NCBI GenBank assembly: GCA_963717565.1
Contig: CAVQWJ010000005.1
Coordinates: 129,242 to 193,241 of the forward strand
DNA: 64,000 nucleotides
Direction: 5' to 3'
DNA from: an uncultured Alphaproteobacteria bacterium
Lineage (GTDB): Bacteria > Pseudomonadota > Alphaproteobacteria > Rhizobiales > Beijerinckiaceae
Below are positions 54,442 to 64,000 of the stretch, piece after piece. Below the pieces are notes generated by a model. The model was not told the DNA's origin and made no database searches. It saw only the letters and a program-made list of their open reading frames with translations. Within the stretch, counting starts at the first letter, position 1. The number at the start of each line of letters is the position of its first letter. A program made the translations under genes and the position numbers.

Positions 54442-55473
54442 TTAGAACGGGAGGCCGAGGCCGCCGCCAGCACCACCGGGGGAGCCACCGGTGCCGCCAG
54501 CGCCGCCATTGCCGCCCGTAAGGGTAAGGTCAGCGGTGCCGATAGTGTTACCGTCCGAGCCCTTAATCGGATTGAGAGACCCGAGGACGAGAGCGTCCTT
54601 GATGCCCAGACCACCGGCGACGCCACCGTTGGTTGCGCCATTCGCGATCGAGGTCGTGGAGTTTTCGATCTTCCAGTTACCCGAATGTTCGGTATTCATT
54701 GAGACTGAGGCGCCGTTGCCGCCGTTGCCGCCATAGCCGCCGTTGCCGCCATAGCCGCCAGCGCCACCCGTGTTCGCAGAGTCAGTCTTGAGCTCGGGCT
54801 CATAGCTGACCTTGGCATCAACACTGGCCTTGAAATCGGCGCTCAGGCTGCCACCGCTGCCACCGCTGCCACCGCCGCCCCACTTGCCACCCTTGCCGCC
54901 CGTGCTGCTGGCGCTTGCAACGCCCAAGTCCGTAGGAACGCCGCCGAGTCCGGAGCTGGCAGACTGATCCTCGAGCTTGATGTCGTCAACCTTGGCAATC
55001 TGCTTAATGCGGACCTTCGCTTCGCCGCCGTTGCCGCCGTAGCCGCCATCGCCGCCCTTGCCGCCCTTACCGCCATTGCCAAAGTCAATGATATTGCCGA
55101 TCTGGAACGCCTTGCTCTCAATGTTCAAAGCCGCCCCGCCGTGATCGCCGCCACCCACGAGCGACGCCCCTTGCGGCCCGTCCGATCCTACTAGGGGAAT
55201 GCCTAAATGGTAATCGGTCACATTGCCCTGGAAGGTTTGAAGCTTGCCAAGGTCGTTAACGCTCTTGATATCGCCATCAGCGGTGACGCCCTGAACAAGG
55301 CCATTGATGTTATTGACGCCGATCTGGGTGTTTGAGCCGTAGTTGACGCCCTGAGCCGCCGACGACACGTTCACACCGCCGCCGAATGATGGGCGCGCCT
55401 GCTGAGCGTTCGCGACCGTGGCCGAAACGAGGCCAGCGGCCCCGATGATTGCGCAAAGAGAGACTTTTTTCAT
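54442..55473 (-). CDS. Secreted Gly-rich low-complexity protein
   Basis: Signal peptide ending ANA; four GGxGGx blocks separated by beta-prone spacers; N-terminal TQIGVNNI motif. Confidence 0.85.
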   Translation of the reverse strand: MKKVSLCAIIGAAGLVSATVANAQQARPSFGGGVNVSSAAQGVNYGSNTQIGVNNINGLVQGVTADGDIKSVNDLGKLQTFQGNVTDYHLGIPLVGSDGPQGASLVGGGDHGGAALNIESKAFQIGNIIDFGNGGKGGKGGDGGYGGNGGEAKVRIKQIAKVDDIKLEDQSASSGLGGVPTDLGVASASSTGGKGGKWGGGGSGGSGGSLSADFKASVDAKVSYEPELKTDSANTGGAGGYGGNGGYGGNGGNGASVSMNTEHSGNWKIENSTTSIANGATNGGVAGGLGIKDALVLGSLNPIKGSDGNTIGTADLTLTGGNGGAGGTGGSPGGAGGGLGLPF

Positions 55474-56049
55474 GGTCTAATCCTGTCGGTGTTGCAGTCT
55501 AGAGTAAACAGCAGAGACCGTTTTACTCAGGTCTCGAACGCGAGATTACATTCGGCTGGAAGAGAGTCCATGAGGATAACAACGCATCAATGCGTTTAGG
55601 CGCCGAGTGTGATTTTCCTGACACACCCAGGAAACTTGGCCATAAATATCTATTTCCCATTCTTCTAATAAGCGACCTTAATTTTTCTGACTCTGTCTTG
55701 GCTGGTGTGCTCCACTCAAATATCTGATAACAAATTGAATATTGAAGGCTCGTTGCGCTCGCGAAAGGAATAAGAAATACTCAGTTCAAGTATGTGTCTC
55801 CGCTTGTGGGATGAAATTGACGGGAAGCGCACAAACCGTCTAAAGTGAAGCTTCCAAGCAAATTTGGTGCGAGCAACTGCGTTTCTTCGGCAAAATCAAG
55901 CCAGCAAGAAGCCTTCTCGTGTTGCTTCTGGGGCCAGGGCTGCTCAACGCTCTGTGCTTCGGCTTGACTGAGAGGGGTAATTTTTCTCTTTTCAGTTTCG
56001 GAAGTCTCTAAATCTATGGCGAGCAACCCGAATCGGAGGTTGCCCCATT

Positions 56050-56239
56050 ATGACGATTGATCTTGAGGCGGCCCCTGCCAGAGCCCGATCGCGCAATTCG
56101 GTCAGCTTCTGGATGGGGACGTCGGTTTCGCGGGTTACGAGTTCATCGGCTCACTACGCAGCAGGCGGGCAACGACGGCCATTTTGCGCTGCACAGAGAA
56201 ACGCCAGCCTCCGGCGCTAACCTTCTCTTCCTTGGTCAT
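56050..56239 (-). pseudogene. Degenerate IS transposase OrfA-like HTH remnant
   Basis: MTKEEKVSAGGWRFSVQRKMAVVARLLRSEP, then in a shifted frame ELVTRETDVPIQKLTELRDRALAGAA; resembles IS3-type OrfA. Confidence 0.5.
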
Positions 56240-56496
56240 TTCCGTAGCTCCGGTTGCGGTTCAAATTACCGCAGCCGGTTGTCTAGCTAACCGTGCCGCA
56301 CCCCAATCACAACGCGATATGGTCGGTTGCGAGCATAAATCGTTCCCTCTGTCGAGTGCCGGACGTAAACTCCCCAAATGTGCCGATTGAAAATTCCCCA
56401 GTTTTCGTGACGCCCGGCCTTCCAGGGCATGCCCTGGAAGGCCGGGCGGCGCGCCGACTCACCGATGCTGCTCCCGTTGGCGGGAGGGAGGGCGCG

Positions 56497-57764
56497 GTGA
56501 TCAAACTCGGGGAAATTGTCATGATCCTGGAATTGCATCGTCAGGGTGTCTCTGTGTCCGCGATCGCGCGCCAGCTCGGAATCGACCGGAAGACGGTCCG
56601 CAAGCACATCGCCTCGGGGCTGGCGGCGCCCAGCTACAAGGCACGGCCGCCGCGCGAACGCGCGATTACAACTTTCGAGCCCTATCTGCGGGAGCGCCTC
56701 GGCGGCCTATCCGGCTCTGACCGGCCGCCGGCTATGGCGAGAGATCAAGGACCGCGGATATGCCGGCGGCTACACTGCGGTCACCGACTTCCTGCGCGAA
56801 CTTCGGCCGCCGCGCCCGAAAGGCTTCGAGGTGCGCTTCGAGACGCCGCCCGGCGAACAGGCGCAGGTCGACTTCGCCCGCTTCGATGTCGAGTTCCTCG
56901 ACGAGCCCGGCGCCAAGCGGATCGTCTGGCTCTTTTCCATGGTCCTGGGCCATTCCCGCTTCATCTGGGCGCGCTTCGTCCTGCACCAGGATATGCAGAG
57001 CGTCCTGCGCTGCCATATGGCCGCCTTCGAGGCGCTCGGCGGCGTCCCGCGCGAGATCCTCTACGATCGCATGAAGACCGCCGTCATCGGCGAAGACCCG
57101 GACGGCCTCGTCGTCTACAATCGCGCGCTGCTCGATCTGGCGCGCCATTACGGCTTTCAGCCGCGCGCCTGCAAGCCCTACCGCGCCAAAACGAAGGGCA
57201 AGGTCGAGCGGCCCTTCCGCTACATCCGGGAAGATTTTTTCCTCGGCGGCGCCTTCCGCAATCTCGATGACCTGAACGCCCAGCTCCGGACCTGGCTCGA
57301 TACGGTCGCCAATCCGAGGGTCCACGCCACGACCAGGCGCGTCGTCAATGAGGCCTTCGCCGAAGAGAAGGCGTCGCTCCAGCCGTTGCCGTCCACGCCC
57401 TATCAGGCGGTGCTTCGGCTCGAGCGGCGCGCCTCGCATGAAGGCATGGTCAGCGTCGGCGGCAATCTCTACAGCGTCCCGGACACCACCCGGCGGCGCG
57501 TCCTCGACGTCCATGTCTTCGCCGACGCCATCCGCATCTTCGAGGACGGCGCATTGATCGCCGCCCATGCGCCGCTCGAAGGCCGCGGCGAAAAACGCCT
57601 CGATCCGGCGCATCGCAAAATGCCGTCGCAAGCGCAGCGTCGCCGGCCGCCCGACGCATCGCCGCCCCTCGTGCTGCGCGCCGGCGATCACGCCGCGAGA
57701 CGCCCGCTGGCCTTCTACGACGCCGTGGGCCGTCGCCTGGCCATGCAGGGAGGGCTCGCGATGA
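56497..57764 (+). CDS. istA: IS21 transposase IstA, apparent indels near 56701 and 57750
   Basis: N-terminal HTH; RFETPPGEQAQVDF, YDRMKTAV, KTKGKVER. Confidence 0.88.
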
Positions 57765-58627
57765 ATGCGACGCCCTCCGCCATCATCGACCGCGTCAAAC
57801 GCAATCTCGTCGGCCTGAGGATGCCGCGCGCCCTCGAAATCCTCGACGTCACCCTGCGCGGCATCGAGCGCGGCGAGACCACCGCGCTCGACGCGCTCGA
57901 CATTCTGCTCACCGAGGAGCTGACGCTGCGCGAGAACCGCCGCGTCAGGATGGCGCTTCAGATGGCGCGCCTGTCCGCCGTCAAGACGCTCGCCGGCTTC
58001 GACTTCGCCTTCCAGCCCTCGCTCGACAAGAGCCGCGTCATGGCGCTGGCCGAATTGCAGTTCATCGATCGCGCCGAAGCCGTCCATCTCATCGGACCGC
58101 CCGGCACGGGGAAAACCCATCTCAGCCTGGCGCTCGGCGTCGAAGCGGTCAAAGCCGGCCGCAGCGTCTACTTCGCCTCCCTCGCCGACATCATCGCGAC
58201 GCTCGCCAGGGCCGAACGCGAAGGGACGCTTCGGGAGAAGATCCGCTACTTCTGCCGCTTCTCGCTGCTGATCGTCGACGAGATCGGCTATCTGCCCGTC
58301 ACGCCCGGCGGCGGCAATCTGTTCTTCCAGCTCGTCAACGCCCGCTACGAAAAAGGCGCCATGATCCTCACCTCGAACCGCGGCTTCGCCGAATGGGGCG
58401 AGATCTTCGGCGATCCCGTCGTCGCCACCGCGCTGCTCGACCGCCTCCTGCACCACGCCGTCGTCTTCCAGATCGAAGGCTCAAGCTATCGGCTCCGCGA
58501 GCACGCCGATCTGCTGCCCGAACATGTTCGCATGAAAGCGAGCATCCAGCCCGCGCCAATCCCGCCGACGCTCCGGCGCCGCGGACGGCCGCCAAAAAAC
58601 GGAGGCGCCGATCAAGACATCGGCTGA
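57761..58627 (+). CDS. istB: IS21 helper ATPase IstB
   Basis: FDFAFQP, GPPGTGKTHL, IVDEIGY, LTSNRGF, LDRLLHH. Confidence 0.93.
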   Translation: MNATPSAIIDRVKRNLVGLRMPRALEILDVTLRGIERGETTALDALDILLTEELTLRENRRVRMALQMARLSAVKTLAGFDFAFQPSLDKSRVMALAELQFIDRAEAVHLIGPPGTGKTHLSLALGVEAVKAGRSVYFASLADIIATLARAEREGTLREKIRYFCRFSLLIVDEIGYLPVTPGGGNLFFQLVNARYEKGAMILTSNRGFAEWGEIFGDPVVATALLDRLLHHAVVFQIEGSSYRLREHADLLPEHVRMKASIQPAPIPPTLRRRGRPPKNGGADQDIG

Positions 58628-58695
58628 TCGCCAGGCCCGCCAGACTGGGGAATTTTACTTCGGCGCTTCTGGGGAATTTAAAGTCGGCATTTACA

Positions 58696-58891
58696 GCACG
58701 GCTCGGAGGAGTGTCGGGATTATCTGGCTGTGCTGCTGCGCCGGTCCTACCTCTCGCCAGAGATTGTCCGGGCGATCCTGGCCGGCCAGCACCCCGTCGA
58801 GCTGTCGCCAACGCGCCTTATTGCCCTGTCGAGAGGTCTGCCGCACGACTGGCGGGAGCAAAAGCGCGTTCTTGGTTTTTCCGTAGCGTGA
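58696..58891 (+). pseudogene. C-terminal remnant of a large serine recombinase, cut by IS21
   Basis: YLAVLLRRSYLSPEIVRAILAGQHPVELSPTRLIALSRGLPHDWREQKRVLGFSVA* resembles the C-terminus of Rhizobiales island recombinases. Confidence 0.65.
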
Positions 58892-59132
58892 CTGGGGCCT
58901 GGAAACCACCAGCAAAGCTGCACAACTGACGGTCCGAAAACCCGTCCGAGAGCATTCGCGCCTTTCAGGCGTCGAAAGTCCCGGGCTTGCGTCTCCGGGA
59001 AGCGGTCGGTGCAAGACCCTCTCGTAACCTACGGAATATCGGGCGCTCCTCTCAGCCGCGAGCCATAAGAGACACAGGAAAACAGGAGGTTAGCTGGCTG
59101 ACGAAACAGTCAATAGCGAACCGGTCTCGACC

Positions 59133-59339
59133 AAAAATTCCCTGCGAACACGGAAAACAACAGGGAATTCGATTGCAAATTGAACATTTCGACTGAGACT
59201 AGCCCTCGATCGCATTAAAAATCAGGTGTCTGCACTAAAATTCCCTAAGATACATAACAGGGAATATCATCGTCGGATCAGGGAAGCTGTCTCGTCGATC
59301 ACCGTGCCAAACAGGGAGGCTGTAAGAAGGCCTCCCTGG
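59133..59339. repeat. Array of direct and inverted CAGGGA(A) motifs
   Basis: AATTCCCTG...CAGGGAATT, AAAATTCCCT...AACAGGGAAT, ATCAGGGAA, AACAGGGAG, CTCCCTG. Confidence 0.75.
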
Positions 59340-59460
59340 GCGAATCCCGGACGCTAAGACACGCAGAGTTCGTAAATTGGAAGTCACTTATTCGAGCGAT
59401 AACTCGCTCTCCAGTCAGCTTCGTCGGTCGGGGCCGACGAAGCAACGCTGCTGACGATGA

Positions 59461-60929
59461 TCACACATCCTCAGTTCTTGCCGAGGAGAATGTCACGGAA
59501 CGGGTGATCTGGATTATGCGCGTCCCAGCATGACCTTTCCGTTCGAAGGAGATCTCAATTCCGACCGCGCGAAGAAAGGTCTGCGCCCGGCGCAATCGAC
59601 CGGCGAGCGCTCGAGAGGAGTTGGGCCACTCTTTCGAGCTTTTGCTGCGCCCGTCCCGCAGACGAAGAGTGCGTCCTGAAGCTCACTGGCGGTTCCCCTC
59701 CAAGTCTCGCGCATCGATATCAAACCGCAGACTGCGCTCGCAACAGCATCTGCGGCGATGACATCCGCAATAGCCTCCTGACGATTTTGATCATATGCTT
59801 CCAGAAACCGACCTCTTGGCCAGAACGCTGTTTCGCAGGCGGTTCCCCAATGGGCGAAATCGGCCATCCGTGGCGGGTTGGACAATCGAATTTCTGGAAA
59901 ACGCTTCAAACCCATGGCCACAGCGTCGAGCAAAGCGCCGAGAATGCGTGGCCGCGCGGCCTCAAACTCCGCCCAAAATTCCCCCTCTGCGCGTCGTCGG
60001 TCGGTTGCGATTGGGCCGAGGGTCAAGAAGATCGAACGATCTGCAAGGTCCGGCTGAGCCACTATGTCCTCAATCCCGTTTAGGATTATGGGCCGAGCCG
60101 CGTCGAACAATGTCTCATCATCGTCGGTGCGAAGCCGTCGGGTCGCGAAGCCGCCACCACTCGCAAGGCGGCAGAGTGTGTCAGAAATGCCGTGCGGCAG
60201 TCGTGAAACATTGTCGAACACCAGAACGTGGGCGTTATGTGCTGCAATGAAAAGATCCCGATCATCTCGCGGCAACGCGCGTATTGGCGCAGTGCTAGGA
60301 TCGGTAAGCTGTCGTGAAATTTTCGACAGCGTCGATTTAGACGATCCCTGCTCGCCAGATAAAGCCAAGACTGGATAAGGGCCACAGTCACGGTAGCTTC
60401 CTAGCAGCCATGTTACCAACAACACAAAATCGTCGTCGGATTGCAAATTCACAAAGGGCCGCAAGGCCGTTATTGAGCCGCCAGCAATAGGCTCCGGCAA
60501 TGGAGCCATGCCAAATGCGCGGCGAAACCGCACTGGCGGACGGCTGATGATCCTCCAACCGTTCGCAGTAACCTCGATTGCTCGCCACGTCGAGTCACCC
60601 AGGTCGACGTAAAGTCGATCACTTTCACCACCAACACGAACAGAGACGCTACGCTCAGGCGCATCAAATTGCGCGCAAGCTTCGATAGCGTCGAGCGCGG
60701 CCGTCATGGCACTAGAGGAAGGTGTGCCGCCTGTTTTATTAAACCACCAGTGGCCAAGCAAACGCTTAAAAGATTTCGAGCGAACGCGCCATGTCTCGCG
60801 ATGGCCATTAATATAGATGTCAGCATAGGCGACCCCGTCAGGTGTATGGAAAAGTTCGGCCATGCTCGCCAAATCGATCAACTTACCGGCCTGAGACGTT
60901 GCGCCAGCAGAGGAGAAGTCGGAGCTCAT
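59461..60929 (-). CDS. Mobile-element P-loop ATPase (helicase/primase-associated type), apparent indel near 59630
   Basis: Walker A GEQGSSKS, LVFDNVS, RPIILNGI, PRMADF; second frame continues WPNSSRALAGRLRRAQ to TGA at 59461. Confidence 0.7.
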
Positions 60930-61578
60930 TGTAACCTCACAATTACGCGCGAGCGGTCATAGACGACAATTGATGTCGCCAGCCAATCCGCAGCTTTTCG
61001 ATCGCAATGTAAGGGAAATGTTTCGGACGGCACCTCGTCGACTGCCGACAAGTTATGAAATTGGCACGAACCTAAACATATTTTAGCGCGCGGCCTCTTG
61101 CAATTCAAGAGATCTCCGCATCTTCGATAGCCGCCTCTCACCCGCGTAACGGAGCCATCGATCGACAAGGCATTATTGGGCAGTCCTAACAAACGTGGTG
61201 GAACAGCCAACTCGGCTCCAAGATCATCCCCGCGGCGGCAGCCGCCTTCAAATTTGTCTTTGAAAAGCCACTTGATGTTTTCTTAACGCGTGATATAAAT
61301 AGTGCAAGTGTAGATTGCCGGCAGCTGCTTTGTGCAGCTATTATGCCGATCCCCCTTCCCAAGACCGAGTTTATCCGATCACAGCCGTTCGGGGGCGCTG
61401 AGTGGGGGTGATTGCGTGAAGCGGCGTGTCTCGGTCGTCAGAGGAGCAGCTCACAAGGCGTTACGCGTCTGTGAAGTAGCCTTTCCAGGCGGAGCAACCT
61501 ACCAGCCGCTATCTCAAGGTCTTGCCTCTCCCTCAGGTCTTCCGGCCTATCCGCTCAACTGCGAGGGACGAGAAGAAG

Positions 61579-62900
61579 ATGGACGTAATTCATAACATAC
61601 CTCAATGGCAAACTGTCCCAATCGATTCGATTAAGCAATATCCCGGACGGGCGCGCGTGCACAAAAAGACGCAGCAGTCGAAGCTGGAGAAGGTGGTCGG
61701 GCACTACGGGCAAGTAGTGCCCATTGTCATTGATAGCAAAAATGAAATTATCGATGGACATGCCGTTTGGGAGGCCATGAAGGCGCTGGGACACGATGAA
61801 ATTGCTGTTGTTGTAGTGGCCAACTACTCCGAGCCGGAGATCAAGGCGCTCCGGCTCGCGCTTAATCGGATCGCCAGCGACGCGGGGTGGGACAATGAAG
61901 TGCTTCACGCGGACTTTGAGCTCTTCATTTCGGTTGGTTTCGACTTGGAATTGACGGGCTTCGACGCCGTCGAAATCGACGGGCTTCTCGACGTCGACAT
62001 CCAAAAGCTCAATGTCGTCGAGGAAGAGGCGGAAATCCCACCCCCACAGCAGTTTGCCATTTCGGCGGCCGGGGACATTTGGAATTGTGGGCCTCATCGG
62101 ATTGGCTGTGGCGACGCCTGCGATCAGTCCTTCGTCGACAAGCTGCTCGCTGAAAAAAAGGCAGCGCTTTGTTTTGTTGACCCTCCATATAACGTCCCAA
62201 TTTCCGGTTTCGTCACGGGCAAGGGCCGCGCAAAACATCGTGAGTTTGTTGCGGGGGCCGGCGAGCTGAGCGCAGAGCAATTCGCCGCGCTCCTCCAAAA
62301 GTCATTGAGCATTCTAAAACAATCGGCGAGTCCCTCCGCGTTGATTTACGCGTGTATGGATTGGCGGCACATCTATGAGCTTCTCGTCGCCGGCCGTCAG
62401 AACGAGCTGGAGCTCGTCAACTTATGCGTCTGGGCGAAGACGAATGCCGGCATGGGATCTTTTTATCGCTCCCAACATGAGTTGATCTGCTGTTCAAGGC
62501 CGGGAACGCCAAGCATTCGAACAACGTCGAGCTCGGGTGCCATGGGCGAAACCGGTCAAATCTTGGACGTACCGGGGGATGAATTCATTCGGGAGTGGCC
62601 GCGATCAGCTTCTCTCCTCCCACCCGACGGTAAAGCCCGTCCTCCTGATTGCGGACGCGATCCGCGATGTCACCAAACGGGGAGACCTTGTCCTCGACAC
62701 TTTCCTGGGGTCGGGATCGACCATTATGGCCGCAGAGGAGACCGGCCGCGTCGGCGTCGGGATCGACCTTGACCCCATTTATGTCGACGTCGCCGTGCGC
62801 CGCTGGCAGGCGCAGACCCGGCGGGACGCAATCCACGCCGAGACGGCGAACTCTTCGACGAACGCGCCAAGCGCCTGGCGTCCCCAGAGAGGAGGGCTGA
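61579..62900 (+). CDS. ParB-like N-terminus plus N6/N4 DNA methyltransferase, frameshifted
   Basis: VPIVID...IIDGH ParB motif; DPPYN; second frame HPTVKP and VLDTFLGSGST. Confidence 0.85.
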
Positions 62901-62901
62901 C

Positions 62902-63264
62902 ATGGCCACCGATGATGACGATCGCGTTGGCTACAAACGCCCGCCGAAGGCGTCGCGATTCAAGCCTGGCCAAAGCGGCAACCCGAAGGGACGCCCGAAG
63001 CATGCGCGGAATCTCACGACGGAGTTCCGGCAGGAGCTCAGCCAGGTCATTCGCGTGCGCGAAGGCGATCGCGAGATGAAGATTTCGAAGCAGCGCGCCT
63101 TCGTCAAGGCGCTTGTCGCCGCGGCGATCAAAGGCGACATGCGAGCGGCGAACGCATTGGTCTCGTTTTGCACTCGCGCCTTTGGCGACGAGAACGACGA
63201 GTCGCTGAAAGGGCCCGCGACCGCGGATCTTGAATCCTCGAGGAGTTTGTCGGACGGGAGGTGA
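62902..63264 (+). CDS. DUF5681 family protein (putative terminase small subunit-like)
   Basis: VGYKRPPKASRFKPGQSGNPKGRPK. Confidence 0.8.
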   Translation: MATDDDDRVGYKRPPKASRFKPGQSGNPKGRPKHARNLTTEFRQELSQVIRVREGDREMKISKQRAFVKALVAAAIKGDMRAANALVSFCTRAFGDENDESLKGPATADLESSRSLSDGR

Positions 63265-63329
63265 GGAAGCGCGCCAATCAAGGCGACGATGAAAGCATTA
63301 ACGAACCAACATCATTGCAGGAGAAAAAA

Positions 63330-64000
63330 ATGATTGATAACCGCCTGAAAGCCGTTCTGCGCAAGGACTTCCTTGCGTTTTCCCGCAAGGCGATCCAGGA
63401 GCTCGAGGCAACGAGGATTGATAAAGATCCCTACCTGGAGATCTCGCGACCGAGCTCACCGCCTTCGTTGATGGTCCGAGGAACAGGCTCCTCGTCAATC
63501 TACCGCCACGGCATCTGAAGACGCTGCTATTTTCAGTCTGCCTTTCCGCCTGGACGTTGGCACATAATCCATCAGCAAAGATTATGGTCGTCACCTATTC
63601 AGAGCAGCTCGGGAGCATCGCCCGCAAATCCGCGCGATCTTACAAGCTGGTTGGTTCAGGGAGACTTTCGCAACCAGGATCGCCAAGGACCACGCGGCGG
63701 TCATGGACTTCGGCACACAGCCGGCGGGCAACTCTACGCCGCCTCCTTCTCTGGCAGCATCACTGGTCGCGGCGCGGATATTATCGTCATCGACGACCCT
63801 CATGATATAAAGGACGCAGCAAGCCCCGATCAGCTGGAGCGCACGGCTGAGATATTCTACACGATCGTATGTCGCGCCTGAACAATCAGGTGACCGGAAG
63901 GTTGTCGTCATAGCCCACCGCATCCACGATAATGATTTGTCTGGGCGTCTTCTCAGACATGGCGGTTGGCGTCATGTCGCGTTACCAATGGTTGGGGTTA
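63330..64000 (+). CDS. Phage terminase large subunit, 5' part, several apparent indels, runs off window
   Basis: Across frames: VNLPPRHLKT, AHNPSAKIMVVTYS, GSITGRGADIIVIDDPH, VVVIAHRIHDNDLSGRLL. Confidence 0.82.

Larger units (their letters stand above)
56350..58695 (+). mobile_element. IS21-family insertion sequence
   Basis: TG...CA ends; left TGTCGAGTGCCGGACGTAAACTCCCCA versus right reverse complement TGTAAATGCCGACTTTAAATTCCCCA, each with an internal AAATTCCCCA-type repeat; carries istA and istB. Confidence 0.92.
58696..64000. mobile_element. Integrative phage-related element (recombinase remnant, ATPase, methyltransferase, DUF5681, terminase), partial
   Basis: Gene content and composition shift; continues past the window end. 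Confidence 0.65.

Noticed and set aside
54354-54641. N-terminal extension of ORF 54084-54641
   Set aside because: It overlaps the Gly-rich gene in another frame; the real start with RBS and signal peptide is 54353.
54442-55473. Gly-rich protein as collagen, RTX or ice-nucleation protein
   Set aside because: No sustained Gly-X-Y register, no GGxGxDxL nonapeptides and no AGYGSTxT octamers.
55781-56026. 81-aa minus-strand ORF upstream of the cluster
   Set aside because: AT-rich, no clear RBS, no signal peptide or motif; cannot be supported.
60926-61210. Possible excisionase/HTH gene upstream of the ATPase
   Set aside because: The position fits, but no HTH-like pattern was found in the minus-strand frames I read.

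Overview
A GC-rich alphaproteobacterial chromosome segment, most likely a type II methanotroph such as Methylocystis or Methylosinus, because it opens with the 5' part of a pmoC1-type pmoC that the ORF track misses. Bases 1-49.2 kb are mostly core genes: di-haem cytochrome c peroxidase, guaB, purMN, photolyase, the rpsB-tsf-pyrH-frr-uppS-cdsA-dxr-rseP-bamA-lpxD-fabZ-lpxA-lpxB cluster, and a cobalamin-riboswitch-led aerobic cob operon. An MmgR/SuhB-type sRNA follows at about 49.2 kb. From about 49.3 kb the sequence is visibly less GC-rich and accessory. The most interesting part is a minus-strand five-gene cluster at 51.3-55.5 kb. It encodes two paralogous secreted low-complexity proteins sharing a TQIGVNNI motif (one Gly-rich, one QN-rich), a curlin-repeat protein, a small two-Cys protein and an Omp2-type porin with an N-terminal helical extension. 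This is a candidate functional-amyloid or fibre system with no csgEFG or fap genes at the locus. The right end holds an IS21 element, a serine-recombinase remnant, a CAGGGA(A) repeat array, a helicase-like ATPase, and a ParB-methyltransferase / DUF5681 / terminase module. Many genes, including normally essential ones (lpxB, lpxD, rseP), are broken by apparent single-base indels. These are most simply sequencing or assembly errors, so frameshifted genes are reported as single CDSs.
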